A stretch of DNA of 36,283 bases from a virus (IMGVR_UViG_2671180456_000012); one strand, 5' to 3'; numbered from the stretch's first letter, positions 17,085 through 28,600 are shown. Program-made: numbers and translations. The notes: a model not told the origin generated them from the letters alone.

Positions 17085-17831
17085 ATGTCTAATACCCATG
17101 TAAAAAACATCAAACTTGGTGCCTGTAAGGTGTCGTTTGGTGGTGTGGATTTGGGTTACACCAAAGGTGGTGTTCAGGTTGAAGTAGCCACTGAAACGCT
17201 GAAAGTCACCGTCGATCAGTTGGGGCAGACCGTAATTTCCGAATTAGTTCAGGGGCGCAACATTACCATCACCGCGCCTCTGGCTGAGTCTGTACTCCAA
17301 AACATGGTTGACCTGATGCCTGGTTCTACTCTGAGCGAAGATGACAGCTCTGTCACGATCACATCTGCACAGGGCGTTAACCTGATTGATGTGGCGAAGG
17401 AGCTGGTTCTGACTCCGCAGGACACCACCGACTATGTGTTGACCATCCCGAAAGCGGCAACCGCGGGCAACTTCACTATGACCTACCAGTCTGATGATGT
17501 TCGTGTGTTCTCTGTTCAGTTCAGCGCATACCCGGATGATGAAGGCGTTCTGGGCAAAATGAGCGGTCCTAAACCGGTAAAAACTGTGTCGATCTCACCG
17601 GAATCTCCAACCGTAAAAGCTGGAGAAACTGTGCAACTGACAGCCGAAATCACTCCAGCTGATGCCGCAGACAAAACCGGTGTTTGGGAATCCGAAGACC
17701 AGGAAAAGGCCACGGTAGATCAAACGGGTCTGGTACGTGGTGTGGCGCAGGGTTCTACAAATATCTCCTTCACCAGCAATAGCGGTGGTAAGAAGGCAAC
17801 TAAGTCAGTAACGATTAACCCCGCAGATTAA
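17085..17831 (+). CDS. Major tail protein with C-terminal Ig-like (Big_2) domain
   Basis: AAAAAGGAG SD then ATG at 17085 (the track ORF starts at 17049). C-terminal Big_2-like domain as in lambda gpV; followed by a terminator and the G/T chaperone genes. Confidence 0.8.
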   Translation: MSNTHVKNIKLGACKVSFGGVDLGYTKGGVQVEVATETLKVTVDQLGQTVISELVQGRNITITAPLAESVLQNMVDLMPGSTLSEDDSSVTITSAQGVNLIDVAKELVLTPQDTTDYVLTIPKAATAGNFTMTYQSDDVRVFSVQFSAYPDDEGVLGKMSGPKPVKTVSISPESPTVKAGETVQLTAEITPADAADKTGVWESEDQEKATVDQTGLVRGVAQGSTNISFTSNSGGKKATKSVTINPAD

Positions 17832-17844
17832 TCAGTAATTAAGC

Positions 17845-17870
17845 AGAGGCTCAGGATGAGCCTCTCTTTT
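17845..17870 (+). terminator. Rho-independent terminator after the major tail gene
   Basis: AGAGGCTCA-gga-TGAGCCTCT followed by CTTTT. Confidence 0.75.
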
Positions 17871-17886
17871 AAAAGGATTTTAACCA

Positions 17887-18204
17887 ATGACCAAATTACT
17901 CGATCTCGATTCCATTCTGCCTCCGAAGAAAAGCATCAAATTTGGCGGTCAGGAATATCCCATCGTTGAAATGACGGTAGGTCTGTTCGTTTCCATCAAG
18001 CAGATGGAAGGCAAAGATCTCATGAACATGTCTCCTGTTGAGCAAGTGACAGCTTATGCAGATCTGGTTCGTAAGGTTATCCCTTCAGTACCTGACGAAG
18101 TTCTTGAAAAACTGACTGTTCCGCAACTCCAGCAGATCTTCACCTTCGCTATGGAAGTGATTGATGAAGAAAACGAAAAAGCGGCTGGCGAAGGGGCAAA
18201 GTAA
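17887..18204 (+). CDS. Tail assembly chaperone (lambda gpG-like)
   Basis: 105-aa acidic protein immediately upstream of the tape measure gene. Confidence 0.75.
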   Translation: MTKLLDLDSILPPKKSIKFGGQEYPIVEMTVGLFVSIKQMEGKDLMNMSPVEQVTAYADLVRKVIPSVPDEVLEKLTVPQLQQIFTFAMEVIDEENEKAAGEGAK

Positions 18205-18554
18205 TTTCCCGCGATGAATCCGGGACAAGGACCGTCTCAATAGATCTCGGATTCTATTTCAGTCGTGTAGTTGCTCACTACGCCGTGTCGCCATTAGAGC
18301 TACTGAACGTTCCTCTCACGATGTTCTGGATGCTCAGTCGCAATATAGACCGTCTGCGTGCGGAAGAGGATGTCCGCAACTTACAAGTCGCTCGTGCGTC
18401 CCAGGCGGATGGCGAGGCTGTGAAGGCGTTCATGGAGGGTTTGCAACTCAGGATTGGAAGACCAGTCGTAACAGATAAAGTCTACGATCCAAGCCAGGAT
18501 AAGGCAGACCCTGACGCCAAAGAGCAACTGATGCAAATATTTGGCAGAGGATGA
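17887..18554 (+). CDS. Predicted -1 frameshift fusion product of the tail chaperone (G-T-like)
   Basis: The -1 frame is open from 18168 and continues through track ORF 18285..18554, ending just before the tape measure start. Candidate slip site is the A-run GAAAAAG at 18175-18181. Confidence 0.5.
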
Positions 18555-18561
18555 CAAGGGA

Positions 18562-21500
18562 ATGTCACAAAACGTAGAGTTTATCCTGTCGCTGGAAGAC
18601 AAACAGTTTACAGCGTCAATCGATCGTGCGGGGAAACTGCTTACTCGATTTGGTGAGCAGGTAACAAAGCCTGCTCAAAAAATCCAAACCTTTGAACGCT
18701 CTTTGGGTTCGGTCGCCCGTATCATTGGCGTTCTGGAAAGCAAGCTCGATTCTACGGCAGATAAACTACAGGATGTAGCTGCCGGTTTTGAGCTTGCTTC
18801 AGATGCTACGCGTAAAATGCGTGGCAACATCACCAGCCTCAATTCTGGTCTTAAAGCCCTGATTGAGCGCGTCGATACGACAACTTCTTCAGTAGATAAA
18901 CTCACCGCGTCATTACGTAAAGTGCAATCAGAGCTAAATGATTTCTCTGATTGGGCGACCTATGCAAGCAAAAGCGCAAGCCGCTTTGGTACGGAGGTCA
19001 AAGAAGCCTCTGCGTCCGTGAGTGGCATGAATACGCGCCTTAATACCACGACGAAGCGACTCAGTAATTGGGGTGTCACAACGAGTCAGGCTGCCGAGGG
19101 ACTGAAAAAGGTTCGTGAGCAGATGGACGAAGTTATCGGACGTCAGCAACTGATTAGCAAGCCGGTACGCGTTCGTACATCTGGAAGTGGCGATGGTGGT
19201 AGCGGGCGGCGTAGCGGCGCTTCTGGCCATAGCGGTAAAAGTAACGAAGGAGGTATGTTCTCTGGCCTTCGTGGCAACATTTTCCTGCTTGGCGAGATCG
19301 GAGATGCAGCCAGAACGGTTACTGACATCATGTTTGGGTGGCAGAAGCCTATTGTTGAAGCTGCGGCCGAAATGGAACGTATGCGGGTGATGCTTCGAGG
19401 GTTGAATAAGGAGAAGTCCAACCCGGGCCAGGCTGCCGCTGATGATATGAAGTACATCGTAGACATGGCTCAAAATGCGCCGTTCGCGATGCAGGCGTTA
19501 ACAGATTCCTTCGTGAAGTTTCGTTCTGCTGGCTTAGATCCAACCGATGGTTCTCTGAAGGCGCTGGTGGACTCCGTTGCTCGTTTTGGTGGTGATAGTG
19601 AGCTGTTGAAACGTGCGGCTGTGGCCGTTCAGCAGATGTCCGGTAAGGGCGTTGTGTCAATGGAAGAGCTACGTCAGCAATTAGGTGAAGCCGTTCCTAA
19701 CGCGATGCAGGCAATGGCAGACGCCGCAGGCATCACTATGGGGGAACTGACTAAAGCCGTTGCCAGCGGTACGGTTGAGGCAAAACAGGCGTTGTCTCTG
19801 ATGTTTGTTGGTCTGCGTGCGGAGAATGAGAACGCAGCGAAAGACATGATGCAAACCTACACAGGTGCGCTGGCGCAACTTCAGACGTCATTCACGTTAT
19901 TTGCTGATCGGGTTGGTCAGGCCGGATATCTGGATTCTCTATCGAAGGGGATGAAAGAACTGGCTTCAATCATGAATAGCGCCGAAGGGATTTCGTTTGC
20001 CAATTCTTTAGGCTCGGGGTTAACGACGGCAATCGATGGGTTGCGTCAGCTTGCTCAATGGTTAGCAAAGAACCAAGAGCTGGTAATTAATCTCGGTAAG
20101 GTCGTGGCCGCGATGGTTGCGTTCAAACTGATGCGAGCAGGGATCATGGGGGTAGTTGGCGCAGGCAGCCAGATGGTTAGCACCTTTGCCACGATGGCGA
20201 CCGCCATACAGACTCCATTTAACCTCGGCGCTACAGCAGTAACCCGATTCAATCGTGCGGCACGTATGGGGCTGGCTCCGATCCCCTCTCTTATTTTCGC
20301 CATCCGTGGGGCGATTACGGGGCTTAAAGGCGCTTTTGCTGGATTAACGGCGTTCATTGCGGCAAACCCTATAGGGGCAGCATTTACAGTTGCCACTGTA
20401 GCTGTTGCTGGCCTAATCACGTACATGACCATGCTCCGCAGCGAAACTTCAAAGGTCGTTGACGAGATTAGGAAAATACCAGAGGCGATGACGGCGGCCA
20501 AACGTGCACAAATGGCCGACCGCGCAGAAAAGCTCGAAAAGCAGATTCTTGCTGATCAACGAGCATTAAAAACTGGTGAGGGTGTTAATTACGTATCTAA
20601 CTCTGCCGGTGTTATTACTCACAAAGAGTCGAAGGCTGACATCGAAGCACGCCTGAAAAAAAATCAGGAAGAGTATCAAAAGATAACCGGCACGATAGCT
20701 CTTGGTGACGGCGCTGTAGCAAAGCGTTTGGCTAAAGAGGCTGCCGAATCTCAGATTGAGAAAATTCGAGCGGAAAACCAGATTTTCGCGGCAACATTCG
20801 TGAAAGCCCGGCAGGAGGCTCTGGATAAGATCCAGAAAATCAATGATGACGGTTCACTTTCAGATGACGAAAAGAACAAGCTATTGGCACCGTTACGTGA
20901 AACGGTAAACAAAAGCTATCTGGAGCCTGCGCAAAAACTGGTTGATTCACTTTCTTCTCGTAAGAATGCGACCGAGAAGCAAATTGCGACTCTTAATGAT
21001 CAGCTTGAAAAAGCCAAAAAGGATGGAAATACCGAGCAGATCCAGAAACTGCAAGGCAGTATTCGTGGTTATCAGGAGCATTTGGAAGCCGTTGCTCAGG
21101 AGCTGACTCAGGCAGAGTTCGAGAGAGATAACGCGGCCAAAACTGGTAAGGGCGTAATGTCAAACCAGGGGACTGTTCTTGGGTTAGGTACAACTGATAA
21201 AGCTGCTCAGAAGGCGTTGGCGCAATATATGCGAAACCAGATGGATTCTGCGACTTATCAGCGTACTTTGCCTGACGGCACTCCGATGATGGACTTCGAA
21301 GGTAAGCCGATTATTGGGCCTAAACAACTCAAGACGCAGCTTAATTTGCAGAAAGCATCCAGTGCCAGCTCTCTGGAGAAAATGAGCGATGAAGAGCGTG
21401 CCGCAGCCATTGCCGCACTTACTAAAGCTCGTGAACAGGATGCAGCAGCTGCCGAGAAAGCAGCCCAACGATCAGCTAACGCCTCGCAGCGTGCGGCCAA

Positions 21501-23133
21501 GAAGGAACAGGCAGCGCAACAGAAACTGGCAGCCGGATACCAGAAGGCTCTGGACAAAGCCGATCAGCTTATGGGGCAAATGGGTGAAAGCTCTAAGGCT
21601 ACGGTATCGTTTGATCAGTCTCTTCGCGATACAACGAAATCGCTGACAGATTTGGCTAATGCGGTTCCTAACGAGTTCATCACTCAAGAGATGATCGACA
21701 AGGCGAAAAAACGTCTTGAAGACCTCAAAAATGCGACACCTGAATATCGTGAGATGTTTAATCGCCGCAATGTTGAGCAGATGATCTCCACTTGGGCACC
21801 GGAGGCGGATTCCATTATTAGTGCTGGCTATACGCCGTCTCGCGAAGAGAAAGTTGCTGATTTCGAAGACACCTACAACCGCAATCTCAAAGCGTTGATA
21901 GAACTTCGTGATAAGGCGTCTGATCCTAAAGTTGTGGCGCTTTATACAAAGAAAATCAATCAACTGATTGCTGCTGGCAATACCGCGCTTATTAAAGAGA
22001 CGGGGACTGCGACGCAGAAGTTGGCACTGGAATACGAAAACCTGGCAGAGCAGATCGAAAGCACCTGGACTGATTTGTTTAGTGGCTTAACTGATGTCCT
22101 GACTGATTTCGTTATTAACGGGAAGATGAGCTTCTCCAGCCTATCTCAGTCCATTTTGAAAGATATCACCAATATGGTCGTGAAGTCGCAGATCACGATG
22201 CCTCTAATGAACATGTTGGGGATGGGAACCACCGCAGCTGGTAGTTCACAGAGTGGTAATTTGCTCACCGGGGTTGCTTCCGCAGTTGCCAATCAAGGTG
22301 TGCGCATAAGCAACACTGTTAATGGCGACAAGTCGGTAGGAGAAGCCACGAAGGAGACGTCCAGTTCGGTAACTGGATTGGGGCAAACGACACAGCAGAC
22401 CACCAGCGCAATTGGCACAGCAACAAATGCGATTGGTAGCTGGGTATCAGGGCTATTTGATAGCACCGAAGCCAAAGATGCTGAGACAAAAGCAGTGAAG
22501 GATTCCATCTTCTCGATGCAGAACCTCAGCTCTGTTACCGGCGCTCTGTCTGCCGCGTTTGCAATGCTTGGAGCTAATGCTTCCGGCTCTGGTAATAAGT
22601 GGTTGAATTTCGGCGCGACAGTTGCATCTGGTTTGGTTTCAGTATGGGCTGGTGGTGGATTCGATGGATTGATGTCCGGTTCTTCTGGCTCAACTTCCGG
22701 GTTCAACAATCTGACCAGTTCTGCTGCCGATGGCACGAATGGCATTCCTGCAATTCCGAAGTTTGCAAATGGTGGCATATTCGGAAAAGACGGCGTGATC
22801 CCGCTCCGGGCATACCAGAAAGGCGGTATCGCCAACTCACCTCAATTGGCGTTGTTTGGGGAAGGCGATATGAATGAGGCGTATGTTCCATTGCCTGATG
22901 GTCGAACAATCCCTGTAACGCTCAGTACCGATGGTATGAGTGGAGGAGGAAATGTTCTTTCTCCGGTATCAATTGAGATCAACGTCCATAGTGACGGTAG
23001 CACAACTGAATCCGGCGATACAGAAAGCATATGGAACAATGCCGCTCAACGGATGAAAGCAATCGCGCTTGAGACTATCGCTCAAGAGAAACGCCCTGGC
23101 GGATCACTCAACCCAAACACTCAACGTAACTAA
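18562..23133 (+). CDS. Tail tape measure protein
   Basis: About 1523 aa with coiled-coil regions and Gly/Ala-rich hydrophobic segments; position after the G/T genes. ATG at 18562 preferred over the track TTG at 18541. Confidence 0.9.
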   Translation: MSQNVEFILSLEDKQFTASIDRAGKLLTRFGEQVTKPAQKIQTFERSLGSVARIIGVLESKLDSTADKLQDVAAGFELASDATRKMRGNITSLNSGLKALIERVDTTTSSVDKLTASLRKVQSELNDFSDWATYASKSASRFGTEVKEASASVSGMNTRLNTTTKRLSNWGVTTSQAAEGLKKVREQMDEVIGRQQLISKPVRVRTSGSGDGGSGRRSGASGHSGKSNEGGMFSGLRGNIFLLGEIGDAARTVTDIMFGWQKPIVEAAAEMERMRVMLRGLNKEKSNPGQAAADDMKYIVDMAQNAPFAMQALTDSFVKFRSAGLDPTDGSLKALVDSVARFGGDSELLKRAAVAVQQMSGKGVVSMEELRQQLGEAVPNAMQAMADAAGITMGELTKAVASGTVEAKQALSLMFVGLRAENENAAKDMMQTYTGALAQLQTSFTLFADRVGQAGYLDSLSKGMKELASIMNSAEGISFANSLGSGLTTAIDGLRQLAQWLAKNQELVINLGKVVAAMVAFKLMRAGIMGVVGAGSQMVSTFATMATAIQTPFNLGATAVTRFNRAARMGLAPIPSLIFAIRGAITGLKGAFAGLTAFIAANPIGAAFTVATVAVAGLITYMTMLRSETSKVVDEIRKIPEAMTAAKRAQMADRAEKLEKQILADQRALKTGEGVNYVSNSAGVITHKESKADIEARLKKNQEEYQKITGTIALGDGAVAKRLAKEAAESQIEKIRAENQIFAATFVKARQEALDKIQKINDDGSLSDDEKNKLLAPLRETVNKSYLEPAQKLVDSLSSRKNATEKQIATLNDQLEKAKKDGNTEQIQKLQGSIRGYQEHLEAVAQELTQAEFERDNAAKTGKGVMSNQGTVLGLGTTDKAAQKALAQYMRNQMDSATYQRTLPDGTPMMDFEGKPIIGPKQLKTQLNLQKASSASSLEKMSDEERAAAIAALTKAREQDAAAAEKAAQRSANASQRAAKKEQAAQQKLAAGYQKALDKADQLMGQMGESSKATVSFDQSLRDTTKSLTDLANAVPNEFITQEMIDKAKKRLEDLKNATPEYREMFNRRNVEQMISTWAPEADSIISAGYTPSREEKVADFEDTYNRNLKALIELRDKASDPKVVALYTKKINQLIAAGNTALIKETGTATQKLALEYENLAEQIESTWTDLFSGLTDVLTDFVINGKMSFSSLSQSILKDITNMVVKSQITMPLMNMLGMGTTAAGSSQSGNLLTGVASAVANQGVRISNTVNGDKSVGEATKETSSSVTGLGQTTQQTTSAIGTATNAIGSWVSGLFDSTEAKDAETKAVKDSIFSMQNLSSVTGALSAAFAMLGANASGSGNKWLNFGATVASGLVSVWAGGGFDGLMSGSSGSTSGFNNLTSSAADGTNGIPAIPKFANGGIFGKDGVIPLRAYQKGGIANSPQLALFGEGDMNEAYVPLPDGRTIPVTLSTDGMSGGGNVLSPVSIEINVHSDGSTTESGDTESIWNNAAQRMKAIALETIAQEKRPGGSLNPNTQRN

Positions 23134-23175
23134 CTATCGACTGCCCCGACCGGGGCAGTCTCACAAGGATGTGAG

Positions 23176-23511
23176 ATGGAAAGACAAACGTTTAATTGGT
23201 ATCCAGATTACGAATCTGAAAAGAGCGTAAAACCGAATGTAACGGTACTTAATTTTGGTGATGACTACGAGCAGCGACAGACTCAAGGTCTTAATCGTAT
23301 TAAAGAAGAATGGTCGTTAACCTTTACCAGATCATACAACGAAATTAATGCAATCGATGACTTCCTGACTGAGCGATCAGGCGTTGAATCGTTCTATTGG
23401 GTTAATCCAAGAGGCAAGCAGATTGTAGTTGTATGTGACAGTCATACGGTCAAGCGATATCAGGGGTACTGTGTCTTAACTGCTACATTCAGACAAGTAT
23501 TTGAGGCTTAA
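23176..23511 (+). CDS. M: Minor tail protein (lambda gpM-like)
   Basis: 111 aa; size, position and residue pattern consistent with lambda M. Confidence 0.7.
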   Translation: MERQTFNWYPDYESEKSVKPNVTVLNFGDDYEQRQTQGLNRIKEEWSLTFTRSYNEINAIDDFLTERSGVESFYWVNPRGKQIVVVCDSHTVKRYQGYCVLTATFRQVFEA

Positions 23512-23593
23512 GCATCTGGATAAGTAAGTACTAATTTACTATCATTGTGGCGCTGACAGGATGTTAGCGCCTACTTATTTCAAGGATGAAACA

Positions 23594-24292
23594 ATGGGAA
23601 TTAAAGCTGATATTCAGAGCTTATCTCCCTCTGCACTCATTGAGTTGTTCGTACTGGATATGTCGAACACAACTTCAGGGGGGAAGTTATTCTTCCACGC
23701 CGGAACAAACGAACTGATGCAACCGGTCGTCTGGCAAGGAGTGACATACGAGCCGTGGCCAATCAAAGCATCAGGCTTTGACAAAACTGGCCAGGGAACG
23801 TTGCCACGTCCAAAAATTCAGGTATCGAACTTTGCCGGAACCGTCTCTGCGGAAGTTCAGGCGAACGACGATCTTGTTGGCTGCCGCATTATTCGCAAGA
23901 TGACGCTGGCTCGCTTCCTCGATGCCGTTAATTTTAAAGACGGCAACCCAACAGCAGATCCAAACCAACATTTCCCGGATGAAATGTGGTTTATCGAACA
24001 GAAAACTCTCGAAACTCATCAGGTTGTCGAGTTTGAATTGTCCAGTGTGTTCGATTTGATGGGGGTGCAACTGCCGTATCGTCAGATCATTAAAAACACC
24101 TGCCCGTGGAAATACCGAGGGCCAGAATGCGGCTATACCGGTCCATATTTCGACAAAAATAACCAGCAGACGTCTATGTCTGGTGCTGATTACTGCACAA
24201 AACGTTATGACGCCTGTAATGCGCGTCGGAATTATTTTGCCAACGGAGTGATCCATTTTGGCGGGTTTATTGGAGCTACGCGATATGGGTAA
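23594..24292 (+). CDS. L: Minor tail protein (lambda gpL-like)
   Basis: Shares conserved blocks with lambda L (..ARFLDAVNF.., ..TC.W.YRG.ECGY.GP.., ..NFGGF..). ATG at 23594 has an AAGGA SD; the track ORF begins at 23561. Confidence 0.75.
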   Translation: MGIKADIQSLSPSALIELFVLDMSNTTSGGKLFFHAGTNELMQPVVWQGVTYEPWPIKASGFDKTGQGTLPRPKIQVSNFAGTVSAEVQANDDLVGCRIIRKMTLARFLDAVNFKDGNPTADPNQHFPDEMWFIEQKTLETHQVVEFELSSVFDLMGVQLPYRQIIKNTCPWKYRGPECGYTGPYFDKNNQQTSMSGADYCTKRYDACNARRNYFANGVIHFGGFIGATRYG

Positions 24293-25082
24293 TAAAGCAA
24301 TCCCTGAGCTTGGCTCTGATGTTATGCAGCAAATCTATCTCTGCGCCATAAATCGCTACCCTAATGAAGCGTGTGGCTTTCTGGTGAGAACTAATGGCGA
24401 CAAATATCGCTTTATGGAAGCGCGAAATGTTTCGGAGAACCCGCAGAACACTTTTGTAATGCACGTTGACGACATTATGGCGGCGGAGGATGCAGGTGAC
24501 GTAATCGCAATCTGGCATTCACATACTGATGAATCAGCAGAAGCATCTGATGCCGATCGTGCAGGCTGTGAAGCGACGGAAGTTCCGTGGATGATTCTGG
24601 CTATTCGCAAGAATGTTGAGGGAGATGCCCCTTTCCATTTTAGCGAGATGAATGTGATCACACCTGATGGTTTCGAAATGCCATACCTGGGTAGACCGTA
24701 TGTATTTGGCGTATTCGATTGCTGGATGTTGTGTCGGGACTATTTGAAGCGTGAGTTTAACGTCGAGCTTAACCCGAACGCACACCTGCATATTCCATCG
24801 TGGTACACCGGCGATAACGACATTCTCGACCAGAACTACCGAAACGAGGGATTGGTACGGCTTGCACCTGGAACAGAGCCTCAACGTGGGGACGTCTTCT
24901 TTATTCAATACGGGAAAATGCCAGATCACTGCGCGGTTTATATCGGCGATGGAATGATTCTTCATCACCAGATCGACCGTCTTAGTTGTCGTGCTTATTA
25001 CGGCGGAATGTATCAGAAACATACGACGCATCACTTGCGTCACAGAGACTTGCTCAAGGGAGATGAGACGTGTCTGAGTTAG
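24285..25082 (+). CDS. K: Tail assembly protein (lambda gpK-like; JAMM/MPN + NlpC/P60 motifs)
   Basis: ACGFLV and HSHTDESAEASDAD (JAMM-like H-x-H..D) plus a C-terminal Cys/His region. ATG at 24285 overlaps the L stop with a GGAG SD; the track ORF starts at 24258. Confidence 0.75.
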   Translation: MGNKAIPELGSDVMQQIYLCAINRYPNEACGFLVRTNGDKYRFMEARNVSENPQNTFVMHVDDIMAAEDAGDVIAIWHSHTDESAEASDADRAGCEATEVPWMILAIRKNVEGDAPFHFSEMNVITPDGFEMPYLGRPYVFGVFDCWMLCRDYLKREFNVELNPNAHLHIPSWYTGDNDILDQNYRNEGLVRLAPGTEPQRGDVFFIQYGKMPDHCAVYIGDGMILHHQIDRLSCRAYYGGMYQKHTTHHLRHRDLLKGDETCLS

Positions 25083-25667
25083 TTCATGTGCAGCTTGGCG
25101 GCCCTATGGCCAAACATTTTGGCCGCCACTGGCATCTAAAGGTGCGCAATACAAAACAGGCTCTGGATTTAATTGAGGCCAACAAGCCTGGGTTTAAAGC
25201 ATGGATGAAGCGCAATATCAAAACCTATGACCGTTACCACATCCAGATCACCAATAAACAGGGCCACAAGTGGTCTGTTGACGAAAGTGAATATCAGATG
25301 ATGGGGCAGTCTGACAACATTGCCAAAATCCGCATTACACCTGTTCCGCGAGGAAGCGGTGGATCTGCTTTTGGGTGGTTTCAGACGGTAGTAGGGGCCG
25401 CTTTGTTGGTTGTATCGGCGGTAGTGATGCCTGCTTTAGCACCTCTCGGTTTGTCACTGATGATGGGCGGCATATCACAAATAATATCGCCGCAANNAAG
25501 CCACTAACGAAAGTGTGAGACAGGCAGATAACTCGAACTCTTATTATTTCGACGGCCCTCAAAATACAGAAAACCAGGGCAACCCAGTACAACTTATCTA
25601 TGGCGAGGAAATTCTGGTTGGCTCACAGGTTGTGAGTTCTTCAATCACGATTGACCAGCTAATGTAA
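25070..25667 (+). CDS. I: Tail assembly protein (lambda gpI-like); reading frame interrupted by NN at 25496-25497
   Basis: Track ORF 25070..25507 ends right after the NN. A different frame downstream stays open to the TAA at 25665-25667 and encodes a gpI-like C-terminus (..PVQLIYGEEILVGSQVVSSSITIDQLM). Confidence 0.6.
25496..25497. other. Ambiguous bases (NN) inside the gpI-like gene
   Basis: Seen directly. Confidence 0.9.
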
Positions 25668-25684
25668 ACAAGGATTTTTTGAAC

Positions 25685-28600
25685 ATGGAACAGTTCAAGA
25701 AGAAAAAGCTACCGCTGTTTATTGCCGGTGCGGGTGGTAAAAAAAGCAGCAAAAGCTCCAGCCGTACACCGGTTGAAGCCGACGATACCGTAAATTCTCG
25801 TGCAATGGCCGCTATCCTCGATCTTCTTGGGGAAGGGGTAATTGGCGGCTTAGTAAATGGCGCAAGATCTATTTTTATCGACGATCTGCCGATTGTAAAT
25901 GAAGACGGTTCCTCCAACTTCAGCGGAATCACATGGGATTTTCGCGACGGTTCACAAGACCAGACTCCAATGTCTGGCTTTGATTTCGTTGAAACGCCTA
26001 AATCCGTCAATATCCAGTTAAAAAAAACACATTATGTAACGGTTTCAATCGATAACGATGAAGCTGATCGGGTTCGTGTCATCATGAAGTTTCCTTCTTT
26101 GCGAAGCATAGATAAAAAAACTGGTGACACGAACGGTACGACTGTTGAGTACAAGTTCCAGATAGCAAATGGCGACTCAACATTTGTAGATGTGGTCGCT
26201 GAAGGTGAAAAAAGCGTTGGCATTAAGCTAACAGCAAAGAAGACCGGCGTTTATTACCGTAGCTATGAGCTGAAGCTGCCTAAGCCTGGACGAGCATACA
26301 AGGTTCGTGTGGTCCGTATTACCGATGATAACAGCAGCCAGTATCTCTATAACGATACATGGGTGGACTCAATAGGTGAGATTGTAGATACACCGATGAA
26401 CTACCCAAACTCTGTGCTGGTGGGTCTGAAGGTTAATTCTGAGCAGTTTGGTAGCACCATGCCATCTCGTTCGTATTTGGTACGTGGATTAAAAATTCGC
26501 GTGCCGTCAAACTACAACGAGGCCAGCAACACTTATGATGGTGTATGGGATGGCACTTTTAAGCTGTTGTCTTCTTCGAACCCCGCGTGGATTCTCTTTG
26601 ATTTGCTGACCAATGCTCGATATGGCCTTGGTCAGTATGTGTCGGAATCTATGATTGACCTTGGCCAGTTGTACCAGATTGGTCGATATTGTGACGAAGA
26701 GGTCGATGATGGCTTTGGTGGCAAAGAGAAACGCTTTGCAATCAATACGCAGATCACCAGTCGACAGGACGCATACCGGCTAATTCAGGATATTGCTGGA
26801 GCATTCCGCGGCATGGTGTTTTGGGCTGGTGGGATGGTTAACATCATGCAGGATAGCCCATCAGATCCGGTAATGATGTTTACCAACTCTAACGTCAAAG
26901 ATGGATTGTTTACCTATAAAGGTTCTGCGCGTAAAGATCGCCCATCCGTTGCGCTCGTAACCTACAACAACAAGGAGGACGGTTATAAGCAAAACATCGA
27001 GTACGTCGAAGATCAGGACGCAATGCGCCGTTATGGTGAGCGTAAAACAGAAGTCGTAGCATTTGGCTGTACAAGCCGAGGGCAGGCTCACCGAGTTGGT
27101 TTGTGGCTTTTATATACCGCCAGAATGGAGTCGGATGTAATTACATTTACTGCCGGCTTAGACGCGTCATTTCTGATGCCTGGTGAAACCGTTCTGATTC
27201 AGAACAAATATCGCGCAGGCAAACGTAACTCAGGTCGAATTGTGGCGTTTACCAAAAACAGCGTCACACTCGATGCGCCTGTGTCGTTAGCCAAAGGCGG
27301 CTGCTTTATTCGAATACTGAATCAGGAAGGCAAAATCGTTGAACGCGATGTTCTTGAAACTGGCGAAAATATAACAAAAGTTACGTTTTCAAAAGCCCTG
27401 TCTTCGGCTGAAACGCCTGTTTTGAACGGCGTCTGGACTATTACAGAACCAGACCTCGAACCTATGCGCGTTCGCATCGTTAACATCGCGCAGGGGGAAA
27501 CGCCGGGTAGCTTTGACATCACCGCTGTTGAGAACAATCCGTCTAAATATGAGGCAATCGACAATGGTGCAACGCTGATTCCGCAGAATACGACGGTATT
27601 GGACCCAACTTACTCCAAGCCATCTAATTTGCAAATCACTGAAGGGACTTATCTCTCAAGCCCGGGCAACCTGTCAGTAAAACTGACTGCAACATGGGAA
27701 GGGAAATCTCCAGAGTATTGGATCAGTTGGCGACGTTCTGATGAAAACAATGTATCGAACTGGCAATCGGCGCGTGTAACCGAAGAGCAATACGAAATCG
27801 TTAATGTCGCGGAGAATGGACGCTACGACTTCCAGCTGTATGCGGTTTCATTCAACGGTAAAAAAACAGAGATTATCAGTGCCGTTTATCAGGTGTTGGG
27901 CACAATGACACCGCCGGATTCCCCAACGTCATTAACGGCCGTTGGAGACTATCGTAATGTGATACTGAATTGGGTTAATCCAGATTCGGTAGACCTTGAT
28001 CACATTAATGTTTACGCATCCCAGACCAACAATCTGGATACGGCGAAACTGATCGCAGAGTCTGCAAGCACCACCTTTACACATGCTGGTCTTGGGGATA
28101 GCGAAACGTGGTATTACTGGGTTCGAGCATCGAACAAGCGAGGTATGTTAAGTCCTCCGAACTCAAACTTGGGTACAGAGGCGACAACTCGCGATGTACT
28201 GTCGTTCCTGACTGGCAAAATTACATCTTCCGAGCTTGGTCAGGCTCTGCTTGAGGACATCAACAGCAAAGCCTCTCAAGAAGCAGTTGACGAGTTAAAT
28301 GAGCATATCAACCAGAGCGTCGAATCTTTGGAGGGGGCGGTAAACGACGTTAAGGAAGATATAGCTGAATTAGATAAGCAGTTCAGCGATAACCTCGCGG
28401 ATTTTGAAATAAAATTCAACGAGCGTAGCGATGCTTTGGAGAACGCACAAACCGAGCTTAAAGGTGAGGTTTCGGCAACGATCGACAAGGTCAATGAAGC
28501 GTTTGAAAAAATTGATGCTACTGATGCTGCAATTGTTGAAATCGAAAACACCGTATCTGAACACGATAAAGCTCTCGCTAATACAGTCGAGGCAATAAAG

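Noticed and set aside
18675-22909. Multiple 60-180-aa ORFs antisense to or out of frame within the tape measure gene
   Set aside because: Embedded in a 4.6-kb gene with a coherent single reading frame; no SD sequences or motifs.
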